From assembly GCF_006345805.1 (NCBI RefSeq), contig NW_021832336.1, positions 1 through 31,232 of the forward strand: 31,232 nucleotides of DNA. The letters are read 5' to 3'. The notes beneath the pieces were generated by a model, which saw only the letters and a list, made by a program, of their open reading frames with translations, did not search any database and had not been told where the DNA came from. The position numbers were made by a program, and so were the translations under genes. The DNA comes from Octopus sinensis. Its lineage: Eukaryota. How positions within the stretch are numbered: position 1 is the stretch's first letter; every line of letters begins with the position of its first letter. Below, piece after piece: positions 12,301 to 22,394 of this stretch.

Positions 12301-12830
12301 AATTTTAAAAGAATAATCTTATAAAACTTACACTGAAATAATCGTCCACTGTAGAATCATAAATTTAATTAAAAAACTATATTTAATGAAATTCTCGCTC
12401 TATTTTTAAAATAATCTATGCTGACTGTCATCCTAATTTATCTCATATACTGTTCTACTTATAATCTTAGAATATTTCCCATTAAAAATTTGCACAGTTT
12501 ATAATTATGATTTGATATCTAGATATTGAGTTTAATGGAAATATCCTTGAAACATGCGTTTCTATAACGAGAGTGTCTTAAATAAAATTTAATAAATTTT
12601 TGATCAATTTGTAATTTATTCACTTTGAGATATTTACACAAACGTATGTTGCTAGTAATAATGACTTATCTCCATTCATTCAACTGAGAACTTTGTCAGT
12701 TGAGAACTGCGACTATCAATTTTACAGGAAACTAAAATCCTTAAAAATTAGGATTTCTGTCAGGCTTGGACTGATCAGCTGACCTTCTATAAATCTATCT
12801 ATGTGACCAAACGGTCTTTTAATAGGATTA
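6310..12830 (-). CDS. SPG11: Large multi-exon gene, probably spatacsin-like; 5' extent uncertain; interrupted by two hAT remnants
   Basis: Exon translations resemble, in the right order, spatacsin segments recalled from memory: YQRSNDLYGLLSHSNL (~AKANDWLQFIIHSQL), SSLLSAVSELSKTGCVFLI (~ILSVLASCL..CVWII), IILAANK|TLYLHVEEEISIL (~LILAHHCFTLTCHMEGIIRVL), SWFDQVFVSIDVKG (~DWAEILYQQVILKG). Many mini-introns. That 10650-12830 belongs to the same gene is inference. Confidence 0.5.
10005..10646 (+). mobile_element. hAT (Buster/EPM2AIP1-like) transposon, degraded 3' part with terminal repeat
   Basis: LWKDQ...FELEKRFQG, LELIDLQSD, ASMFG*TYLYELIFSKMIHMKNK*RNKLTD match the hAT C-terminal dimerisation region. 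It ends in GGCCCGG...AAAAACTTGAGAAACTCTTG, resembling the TIR at 11515-11534. Confidence 0.8.
11130..11534 (+). mobile_element. Internally deleted hAT (ZBED5/SCAND3-like) remnant with right TIR
   Basis: ASLKICHFIASHMKPYTDGELFKKAI...LSNDTVTRKIQLISENI is a typical Buster-type hAT N-terminal segment. It is fused to TGCGGCCCGCG...AAAAAGGTTGAGAACCCCTG (reverse complement CAGGGGTTCTCAAC), followed by GTTTAGAT (nnnTAnnn). Confidence 0.85.
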
Positions 12831-12874
12831 AAAACAAGAATTTTTAATTTATTAACCAAAAAACCGAAAATAAG

Positions 12875-15510
12875 TTAATAAATAATAAGCGTCCCTGGAA
12901 TGTATTCTCCAATTAAATATTCCTCAATAAACAACGAAAAGGCTTCCTTTACAGCCAAAATCGACTTCTTATCAGATGTTTTAGTTATGACACACAGCCG
13001 ATGTTCAGTTAAACTATCCGGCAACATTTTATTGATCTAAAATAAAAAATCACAAAATACTTCTGCCGAAGCTTTAAATGGCACAGAATCACATTTCCGA
13101 AACAAAAACACACAATCAAACGGATTTCTCTCAATTCCATAACCAAACGAAGAAATCTAAATTAATCTAAGCAGTCAATCAAAACATGGAAAGTCAACAA
13201 ATCTGATTGATAAAGCCCACGCACGTGGTCAAAGTCATGAAACAAATCCCTGGAAATAAAATCAGCAAATTTAGATCTAAATTCAACCAGAAAATAATTG
13301 CAAAATAAATTTACTTTCGAGGATCGGCAAATTTCTACACTCGCCACAATTTTGTAGAGTTCTCTTTTTGTAATCTACTCAGAATAGCACGTGCCCGTTT
13401 GTAAGGAGGTGGTTCTTGGATTGACTGTTCATTTGGGTATAATGATTGGGCATATTGGAGAAAGTAAGGGGAGAATATTTCGTCAGTCATGGCTGATAGG
13501 GCGGCCATGTCGTCAAAGCACTCCAATATTGGTCGATATAAACTTTAAATGTTAGTTTAAAAAGAACCCATCGCAACAACGAAATTTGTAAATTTGACAT
13601 ATTTCAGTAAAAACATCAAAAAACCTAAAAAATTAATATTATTAAATTAAATAATATTTCCTAAATATATTTTTTAAATATTAAAAATAGAAAAAACATT
13701 TGACTGATTGCTGTAACAGCAGGATGTTGGTACACAACTCGATGCATCAAAATCCTGTGATTAAAAACAGTAGCAATATCCACAAGTGACTAAAAATATC
13801 TCAAAACACCCCACTTTATCCCTAAAACAAATCATCATCATATTCTTCTCAGGAACAATCAATACACGTGCAGTAATAATCAGTCTTAGTGGGTTCACAT
13901 TGAAAGGTAAATTAAGATGGAATGTATCACGTGCCAAATAATCCAATTTATCAACATCAATTCCGTTATTTTGGTCAGCGACAATCTTAATTAATCAATG
14001 GCATTTACCTGGTAGAGAAATTGCTTATTGGCTCTGATTTTTAAACTTTGGGAAGAGAAAGGGCATATTAGGAGTTTTATGAACTCAATGTCCTCAGAGA
14101 CCAGCCCGTGTGTTAGTAATACTTGGCCAAGATTATTTTGTGAGATTAAATATTCGAACATTTTTATAGAATTATTTTCATGCTAATTTGATTATTTTCT
14201 TATTATATATATTAATATGTCGCGACCCACGCTGGCGACCATACCACGCTGGCGACCAGAGCGACCTTCATTGTTGACAAGATTGACAGGTGGAATTTAT
14301 TCACCACTTCTTCAATTAAATTTCAAGTCTTACCAGAAGCAGTTTTATTTTTTAAAGATTTGCAGACAACAAATTTGCTGTAGATGTCAATAATTGTCAG
14401 TATCCAATTAGATCCATCGTTAAAATCTTTATATCTTCTAACAACAATAAGATCCGCCTGGAATCTTTCATTGGGTTTTCCTGCAGTTACATGGTAATTA
14501 GAATCCGACACCTAGGTATTTTTTTTAAATACTTTCAATGGTAGGGCAAATTTACAAATTTCGCAGTCTTTTATAATTTGTTCGATGATTGGACGTTTTA
14601 CAGTGAAATAGAATTCACTGCACTTTTTCTGAAGCTTTCGTATTCCCCATTGGGATTCTTGGTTAATGGCGAATGCTAGTGTCCTCATCTCCATTTCATT
14701 GTCCAGACAAATGACCATTTGTGTTTTGGTTATTCTCGTCCTTTAGATAAAGACTATGAGTTAGGAGTCGCAAATATACCGATCATTAATAATGATTAAT
14801 TGAGTCGCTTTTTTCATGCTAACATCTTTTGAGAGAAACCATATTTTTTTTGTAAAATGACGCTAAACCATTTCTTAAAATGAATTTTTTCCGGTTTGAA
14901 TCACCTGTCAAACTGAAGGTCATAACCTGTCAAACTGATGGTCGCCAGCGTGGGATGGTCGCCAGCGTGGGATGGTCGCCAGCGTGGGTCGCGACATAAT
15001 AAATAATGTATTTTTAAATTAAAAAATACATTGAATTTTTTCCTGTTGAGGTCATGAAACGTTCAAAGCAATGACTGTGGGGTCCGTGGCCTATATTAGC
15101 CATAAAAATAACCCAAATCATGGCATAACCCAGCAATCTCTATACAGGTGACATCTGAGGGAGTAATATTCAGTTCAGGTTGTACATCCCGGAGATGTCG
15201 AATGAACTGTCCTGCCAAATAGCACACTCTTGACATAAATTAAAGGCAATCCCAACCCGATGCTGTGCTCGAATCTAGTGTGAGTGGCCGAGGGGAATAC
15301 CAAGTGGCTGGGACCTAGTTGTTTAAGCCAGCGAAGTCTTTGAACTCTGGTGTGTCCATTATGGCTACACATAGTGGGGAAAGCTCAATATGTCCATAAA
15401 TGCAGTCTTGGAATACCTATTCTTTTTAATTTATTTCTTTTTATTCGTTTTGATATAATTTTAATTAATAACAAAAAGCAAAATTAATAAAGACAGACTT
15501 TATTGTACAT
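12875..15510 (-). CDS. SAMHD1: dNTP triphosphohydrolase SAMHD1 homolog (HD domain only, no SAM domain)
   Basis: MYNK|[54 protein letters not shown]|VCYLAG...IAGLCHDLG|HGPHSH...|HENNSIKMF...[20 protein letters not shown]...[12 protein letters not shown]...RNPFDCVF...|[16 protein letters not shown]...*. The H..HD..D metal ligands are intact. One intron carries the 14218-14996 transposon. Confidence 0.93.
14218..14996 (-). mobile_element. Internally deleted Ginger2/TDD-like integrase DNA transposon inside a SAMHD1 intron
   Basis: Termini TGTCGCGACCCACGCTGGCGACCA...TGGTCGCCAGCGTGGGTCGCGACA; exact 5-bp TSD TAATA (14213-14217 and 14997-15001). Internal spliced integrase N-terminus ...KDCEICK..PLK|[40 protein letters not shown]|EVVNKF, cut off before the second catalytic Asp. 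Confidence 0.88.
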
Positions 15511-15589
15511 CAACAAACAATAAAATATTTTATTAGTAGCTCAGCTTTATATCTTTTATATTAAATTTATATAATATTTTGATTAAAAA

Positions 15590-15860
15590 ATAAAGAAAAC
15601 ACATTCGACGACAGTCCCAACAGAAAAAAACGATTTAGGCTAAAGCAGCTTGCGAAAAACATATGTTTTGAAAATGGAAATGTATTCTTTATTAAGAATT
15701 CAACCAAATTGCGATTTTTCGCAGAGGATGACATTGAGTTGAAGCTTAAATGCATTGCCAGGTAAATATTAATTCTATAATGTTAGGCTAAGAAATTAAT
15801 GGCGACTAAGCCACAACTAAGCCAGGAGAAGATAGAAATATGATGAAGATTCCATAAAAG
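15590..15860 (+). mobile_element. Degraded fragment of another Ginger-like integrase gene (N-terminal part)
   Basis: RKKRFRLKQLAKNICFENGNVFFIK...DDIELKLKCIAR parallels KRFRFLKKTRNFVNSGGVLYYK of the 25180-26809 element. It is followed by a 25-nt GT-AG segment and a PGEDR..MKI stretch. No TIRs found. Confidence 0.45.
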
Positions 15861-15890
15861 TCGGAGTTCTCGATAATCAATAAAAACCGA

Positions 15891-15985
15891 TTAACCGATT
15901 TATTTACAATTTTAAATCATTATTTTTTAATGGTTAACCAAAAATCAAATAGAGTTCTCGATAATCAATAAAAATTGTTGATGTC
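15891..15985 (+). repeat. 95-bp dispersed repeat, copy 1 (copy 2 at 23302-23396); likely MITE internal sequence
   Basis: TTAACCGATTTATTTACAATTTTAAATCATTATTTTTT...AGAGTTCTCGATAATCAATAAAAATTGTTGATGTC is nearly identical to 23302-23396. It abuts the 5'-truncated LINE. Confidence 0.9.
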
Positions 15986-17185
15986 TCCCGAGGAAAGTCT
16001 ATTCTCGAGTAATTGAACAACCTTGTAATCCTGAACAACCCCTCACTGCACACAAGAACTCCATACAACACCAAGGACAAGCCTACTTCCCCCGATCTGA
16101 CCCTTTGTTCTTCAACCTCGCACCTCTGGTCAAATGGGGCGTTACCTACGATCTACGGAGCGATCACAATCCGTTAATTATAAAAGTCCAAGTCAAATCG
16201 CCCATTAGAAAGGGGTTCCGCAACCTGAAATACGACTACAAGCACGCAGATTGGGTCAATTTTGCCAATTCCATTGACAAAGCACTGGTTAACTTTGATG
16301 TACATGATTTCGACTCGGTCGACAACGCCTTCAAGCACTTCAACCGAACAATTTTGATTGGAAGAAAATCATTCTTAAGAATGAGGAAAATTTATCCAAA
16401 ACCAGTAAGAAAATTTCCGTCGGGGATTCTACCTCTAATCGAGGAACGGAACTCATTGAAAGGTCGCTCTCATTTTACAAAAGATAACCGGCATCGGATC
16501 AGACTACTGAATAAAGTCATAGAACAATCTGCAAAAGACAAACGGTACGGGAAGGCCGAAAAGTTCGCCAGAGGATTAAATGCGGAGGTCCCACTAACAA
16601 AAGTATGGGCATCCCTAAGAAGAATCACAAACCCTGAGAGATTTAAATCGGGTGAGGATAATGCGGTTCATTTCACCAACAAACTGATAAAGTTCTACGC
16701 TGGGATCAGCAACATCCCCCACAGGAAATATGATGGACCATGCTTGAAGTCGTTGTAACCTCGAAGATGTCGGGACATGATTATTCTCACTCAAGAGGAG
16801 GTGTCTCAGACCATCAGAAATTTAAGAAGCACTGGCTCTTGTGGACCTGACGGAATTCCTACTATTCTGGTGACAAACCTAGGACAGGTGGCAATATCAG
16901 CTCTTTGTCAAATTTACAACTTTTCTATAAACAACAACGCAATACCCACACTATGGAAAATGGCACACATTCGCCTTATTCTGAAACCAGGGAGACCAAA
17001 AGACAACCCGGCGTCCTACAGGCCAATATCTCTCCTCTGCGTCCTTTCCAAAGTTCTGGAAAAACTTATACTCAACCACATCAAACAATATCTCCCGGAT
17101 TTGGACTTTCAACATGGATTTAAATGTGGTAAATCAACTACCTCGCACCTTGTCACTTTGACGAACTTCATCTCAGATGGAGCAA
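15986..17185 (+). mobile_element. APE-RT LINE ORF2 fragment (end of endonuclease to RT domain ~2-3), truncated both sides
   Basis: SPDLTL...DLRSDHNPLII (APE SDH motif), then GPDGIP, WKMAHIRLILKPG, SYRPISLLCVLSKVLEKLI, QHGFKCGKSTT. No introns. Confidence 0.93.
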
Positions 17186-17232
17186 AGCACGGTCTTTTGG
17201 TGCCTCGGTTAGCTTGCAAAACCGATATTGCG

Positions 17233-17900
17233 ATTATTATTATTAAAACCAAGATCACCGTCCAAAACATAGAACTAATTAATCAGGTGATCCCGGCTTC
17301 TCTGAGGAGGGTCCTCATCTTTGCCCGGTGCCTCTCCCTAGTCCCGACACAATTTCTATGAGGGCATGGTGGTGGAGTTTTAGGACCTGTAGGCCCATGG
17401 TTCCGTCCCAAGATTTATTTAAATAAGGCGATCGATAGATTTTCATTTGGTCCTTGTAGTGCTTTCCAAAATCTTTCTTGAGTTTTTTCGATTTTGCACG
17501 GTTTGTTTCACTGACAAACCCACTCCACGCCCCACAAGCATAAGTAATGGAGGGTTCGATGTATTGCCGGTAGATTGATTGGCGTGTGGGGAAGCTGATT
17601 CATTGTTTGCATTTTCGGAGGAACACTTTTAAGATGTTCAGTTTTTTCATGCAGCTAGTTGTAACATATTCAACTTGATGGTAGAAACACATATGACTAT
17701 CGTAAGTCACGCCGAGGATTTTCTGGGATTTTTTTAAGAGGATTTCCGTGTTGTTTAGACTTTTTCAACTTTAAGTGAATTTCACTAAGGTATATTTTCC
17801 TGGAAACGGGGTCAAAAGCCTTATGGATATACACTGAGCACATAACCGTAATGCGATCACTAATAAAGCTTCAATTTAGTCAGGTAATTAATCGGGTCCC
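17233..17900 (-). mobile_element. Second LINE copy (RT C-terminal half with internal deletion, 3' UTR and (TAA)n tail), tail-to-tail with the previous one
   Basis: Minus strand FISDRITVMCSVYIHKAFDPVS (~DISKAFD), KILGVTYDSH, IYRQYIEPSITYACGAW, then a 3' end like that at 409-475 and a TAATAATAATAAT tail. Confidence 0.82.
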
Positions 17901-18142
17901 GCATGTCTGCTATCACAGGCGACGCCCGCGAATCAAGATGGTTTTTCGAGCGGATATCCCTTGCTATAGTACGCTCTAATTCTTTCTCGATCGCGTCGGC
18001 TTCCCGTCCATGAAGCTTTCGAAAACTTGACCGAATTCTTTTTTTTGCGTAACCACAATAATATAATTTGTTAATTAATTCGTTTATATAATAAATAAAT
18101 TACGCGGTATAAAATTTCATTCAATTTACTCTCTTTGTTGTT

Positions 18143-19345
18143 ATGTCGCATGGTAAATTAGCATTGCATAGTTTACAGATTATTCTCAAAATTGTGATAA
18201 TGATAAAAATGATTCTTTTTCAGAACCATTGGGGTAAATAATTTGGAATGTGCTGTGTACATGCCCGTAATCTCATCAGTAAGCGACTACTCATATTCTC
18301 CTAACCAGGAATATTTTAATTTGAATAATGGTGACTTTGAATAATATATTTTTAGACGATTTAATAATAAAGATAATCTCTTGTTACAATATATTTTCTA
18401 AAAATGAAGATGAACGTGTTAATTTTTTGGCGAATGACTTAATATTTAAACCAGTTATAAATACGTATTAAATATTTTTAAATAGAATCCTGATCATCTT
18501 TTGGACAATTTTATATTTGCTTATGAAATCTTTTTACAAAAAGTTTTATCATACTTGTTTCAAGTTTCGGAATTCATTGAGTTTTATCAAAGTGATCCAA
18601 AAATTTTGTTAAAAAATGGTTGATTGTATTTATTTTATTTTTAAGGACATTTTGAAATGTTTTTTTACTATATGTATCAATCTTTTGATCCACATCTTCA
18701 AATTATTCAGTTTGATAATCTTATTCTTGGAATAGGAAAATTTAAAAATAACCGTTTTTTAATAAGAATAATTTATCTAATTTTAGATAATATGGAGAGA
18801 TTTATAAATCAAATAATTACTTTCTTTAACGAATTGTATGTTACTTTTCCTCCAATAATGATTGAAGAATATTCTTTTCTAAATTTGTTGACCTAGTTAT
18901 CAATCGTAAGTATATTGTATTTTTAATAGCAGAATCGGGATTTGTAATTCAATGAAAGCTTCAATTGCTTCACATAGGGTGTGGAATCCAATGAAGATAT
19001 TTATCCAAAAAAATTGGGGAGATAAATATTATCACAGATTGGAAATGATTATTGATTTTGCAAATCGGATAAAAAATAGATGTAAATTATTACATTCAAC
19101 GTTTATTTCACTTTCAAATTGCTGTAAAATACTTCCTGAACTTTTCAATGAATACTGCACGTCAAATATAATTACAAAAGAATGTTCGATTCATCCTTAA
19201 TATTAGTTAAAAAATTTTCCTGATCATTTTTTAATACAATTCTTATTACTTAAAAAATAGTGCTATAGAAACCCAAATGTTAGAGTTTTCGAATGAAAAA
19301 GACATTACAACAAATCAAACAGATAAATCAAGTAAGAATAGTTAA
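18143..19345 (+). CDS. Unidentified multi-exon protein-coding gene (about 300-350 aa)
   Basis: ATG at 18143 followed by successive mini-introns (e.g. GTAAATTAGCATTGCATAGTTTACAG, GTTGATTGTATTTATTTTATTTTTAAG) joining ORF pieces 18657-18896 and 18952-19200; probable stop TAA at 19343-19345. No motif recognised. Confidence 0.55.
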
Positions 19346-19406
19346 ATAAACACAAAAATCATAATAATTAGAATAATTATAACTAGAATTTGACGAATTC
19401 TATCGA

Positions 19407-19879
19407 ATGAATGTGATACAAATTACCCAGGATTTGCTAAATTCAGAAAAGAGTAACAAAGTGCCACCTGAAGCTCGGAACAAATAAGCGCAGATAAATG
19501 GATACATAAATATGGGTTAGTCAACAATAAGCTGTCATGGGACTTTATTCTTAAAAAATTTGGATTCAAAAAAAGCGAGGAATATGTTTACTCTTTGAAA
19601 AAACCAGTCTGTTCTCGATACAATATAGACTTGTTTGTAGAAGTTTTTTGTTCAATCGACGGTAGAACATATAACGGGAGAAGAGATAACAAAAAAATGT
19701 TAAATAAATTGAAAAAAATTCAAGAACTATATCAAAAACGTATCGAATGGCTATATTCCGGTAGTCGAAGAGTTTTTGGCTTAATTGTCGAAAATTTTGT
19801 GATTATTGTCTTTGAAGTGAAAACTCAATCTTATGAAAAATTTAACCTATATAAAGCCGTAGCCACAGATATAATAGAA
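19407..19879 (+). pseudogene. VWA3B: VWA3B/VWA3A-like N-terminal exon, apparently cut off by the hAT element
   Basis: SADKWIHKYGLVNNKL...KKPVCSRYNIDLFVEVFCSIDGRTYN...YQKRIEWLYSGSRRVFGLIVENFVIIV closely parallels recalled VWA3B (GRPVASRYADGLF...DGRVYN...YKQRMDWLTSKSRQIFGVILEQCVTIV). A donor GT follows at 19880; no continuation was found in the window. Confidence 0.7.
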
Positions 19880-19942
19880 GTCAACTAATAAATATAAATA
19901 AATTTAATCTAATCTGGTAAAATTTTTGGAATTAATTTAAGG

Positions 19943-22225
19943 CAATGATTCTCAACTCACCTTTTTTTGGTGTCCCAAAAAAAAAGTCAATGTACCAAAC
20001 CAAGTTATTTCGTGTACCAAAAAAACAAAAACTTATTTATTTCTTTTAATTAAATTTAGAGACTTAAAGTATTTTTCTAACTATTTAATGAGAGCCTTGG
20101 TTTTCATGCATTTTAATTAATTTCTGAATATCAGGGTCCAAACGTGTTAAAATTAATCTCTCGAACAGATATCAAGCTTGTTACGTTTATATCGCTCAAT
20201 ATTCTGTTTATTACGCTGAATCCTGATTCCACAAGATATGTTGTTGAAAACATAATAAAATTTTTTATTTGTTCCCAAATCTTTGGAAATTTGTCTTTAA
20301 ATTCCTTTTTTCGCCAAAAGGTAGACAAATCCTGGCTTTCAAACAAAATCTTGTAAGAATAATTATATTTAATTTCTATAAAAAATAATATGATAAAAAA
20401 TACCAATAAATTCATCTTGCAAATCCATTTGCACCTCTTCAGTGCTAGTAAAAAAAGGATTTATCATCCATTTTGGTATTTTCATATTAATCACGTCTTC
20501 AAATCTGATTGTCATTTCCTTTTCCAAATTAATTAGATGGTCAACAAAAATTTTTATATCAAATTGATTAAATGCTTCACATACTGGATATAGAAAATCT
20601 TATTTGCCTGATTCAAAGTTATGTCTAATTCTTTAACTTTTCACAGAATGTAATTGTAACTCTGACGTCAAACATAGTTACAAAATCTCTCTGCAATTTC
20701 AAGGAAATTTCATTCAATTTAGCAAAAATCCAATTTAAATAATAGATAGTATTAAACTGAAATAAGTGACAAATAGTTATTAACTAACTAAATTCCCGGC
20801 CTCGTAAATGGAAACGTACTATAGCCAAGGAATAGATATATTTTTCATTTTCGAAAATCGATCTTGCTAATTCATCTTCATTTTCCGATTCAAGAAATGG
20901 TAAAAGGTTTACAAATCTTTGTAAAGCAGTGCCTTTGGACAACCAGCGAACCTATAGACTATAAAAAACAAAAATAAACTTCAGTATGATACAAGAGTCT
21001 TAAATAATCTTCATTCCTATCTATACAAAATTTCCTAAAGATCATATCAGATTTTGGACTTGTTTTAATTCGATTGATCGTTTTTATGACAAGATCCAGA
21101 ACTTGATTTAAAAAAGCGAAAATTTTTTTTCGAAACAAGATGATGCCGGTGTAATACGCAATGAATATGAATTAAATTCGGACATTTTTGTTTCAAAAAA
21201 GACGCAAATCCTTTGTACTTCCCAACCATGGCCATTGCACCGTCCGTAGCACATGCAATTAAATTGGAAAATGGAATTTGTTTTTCTTCAAAATAGGTTT
21301 TCAATACATTAAAAATTGACTCTCCGGTAGATTCTGTTATCAAAGGTCTGATAAACAAAATCTCTTCACAAAAAACTACGTGTTCGTTAAAAAATCTTAA
21401 CAAAATATTATTTAAAGTACCTACCTAACATAGGCCATTAATATAGATTTATTATCACATACCAGACATTCGTCAATCTGCAACGAAAAAACAGTTTTTC
21501 TAAGTATATTTTTTAAGGAATCTTCGACGCTTTCAGCCATTTCGTCAATTCGGCGACGAATCGTATCATTACTCAAAGGTAAATTCTAGCCACATCAAAA
21601 TGGTCGCACTACTTTTAAAATTTCAGATGGATTATGTCCCAACATATCTTGTAAAACAACTGCGAGAGAAGGTATTATTAACGATTCACCCGAAACATGG
21701 GTAGCATTATTTTTAGCAACAATATGGGCAATTTTGTAGGATGCAAGTAACCCATCTATGAAATAGCTTAAAGGAATACTTTTTCGCGCAAGAGCATGAT
21801 GAGTGATTAACTTTTGAAGAGTGGTAGGTTCATCAATCTTGTTTTTTATATTTTGAAAATATTCAAGCTAAGATCCGACTAGATTTGGATGTCTAGTCCT
21901 CAAATGGTGTTTAATCTTGATAATTCATTGAACTATTGGCCAAAGAAATTTAGCAGATTATGCAAAAAGGCCTAGATTTATCTCCACTGGAAAGGATAAA
22001 TCCATATTTCAGATATTCTTTACGATAAATCCGAGGCGTACATGAATTACCACCAGGCATGTGATTGACACGAGTATTTATAGGTATCGAATGATAATGG
22101 TTAACCATCGTAATGTACTAATTACTGATAATAAAAAAATATTTTAAAAAATAATACCATGTACCAATTCGAGTATTTTCCATGTACCAAAAATGGTGCA
22201 CATGCACCACGGTTGAGAATCACTG
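19943..22225 (-). mobile_element. Near full-length hAT (Buster/ZBED5-type) transposon with intron-containing transposase
   Basis: TIRs CA(A/G)TGATTCTCAAC at both ends. Spliced protein EYLKYGF..RPFCIIC..KHHLRTRH, EILK|NLPLSNDTIRRRIDEM, FSLQIDE, AYVR|FFNE, IACATDGAMAMVG, HCVLHRHHL, YHTE|VRWLSKG, FSTTYLVESGFS. Confidence 0.9.
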
Positions 22226-22394
22226 GCATAGATTATGCAATTTGATACATCAAAATTGCCCTGAATTTTATAACCCAATTATTGCTGTTTTGGGAGAATA
22301 TGACTTAGCATGTTACTACATAACAAAGATAAAAGAATAATATTAATATTTAACAAATAATTCAATAAACAATTTATTTGATGAGTGATTTAGA

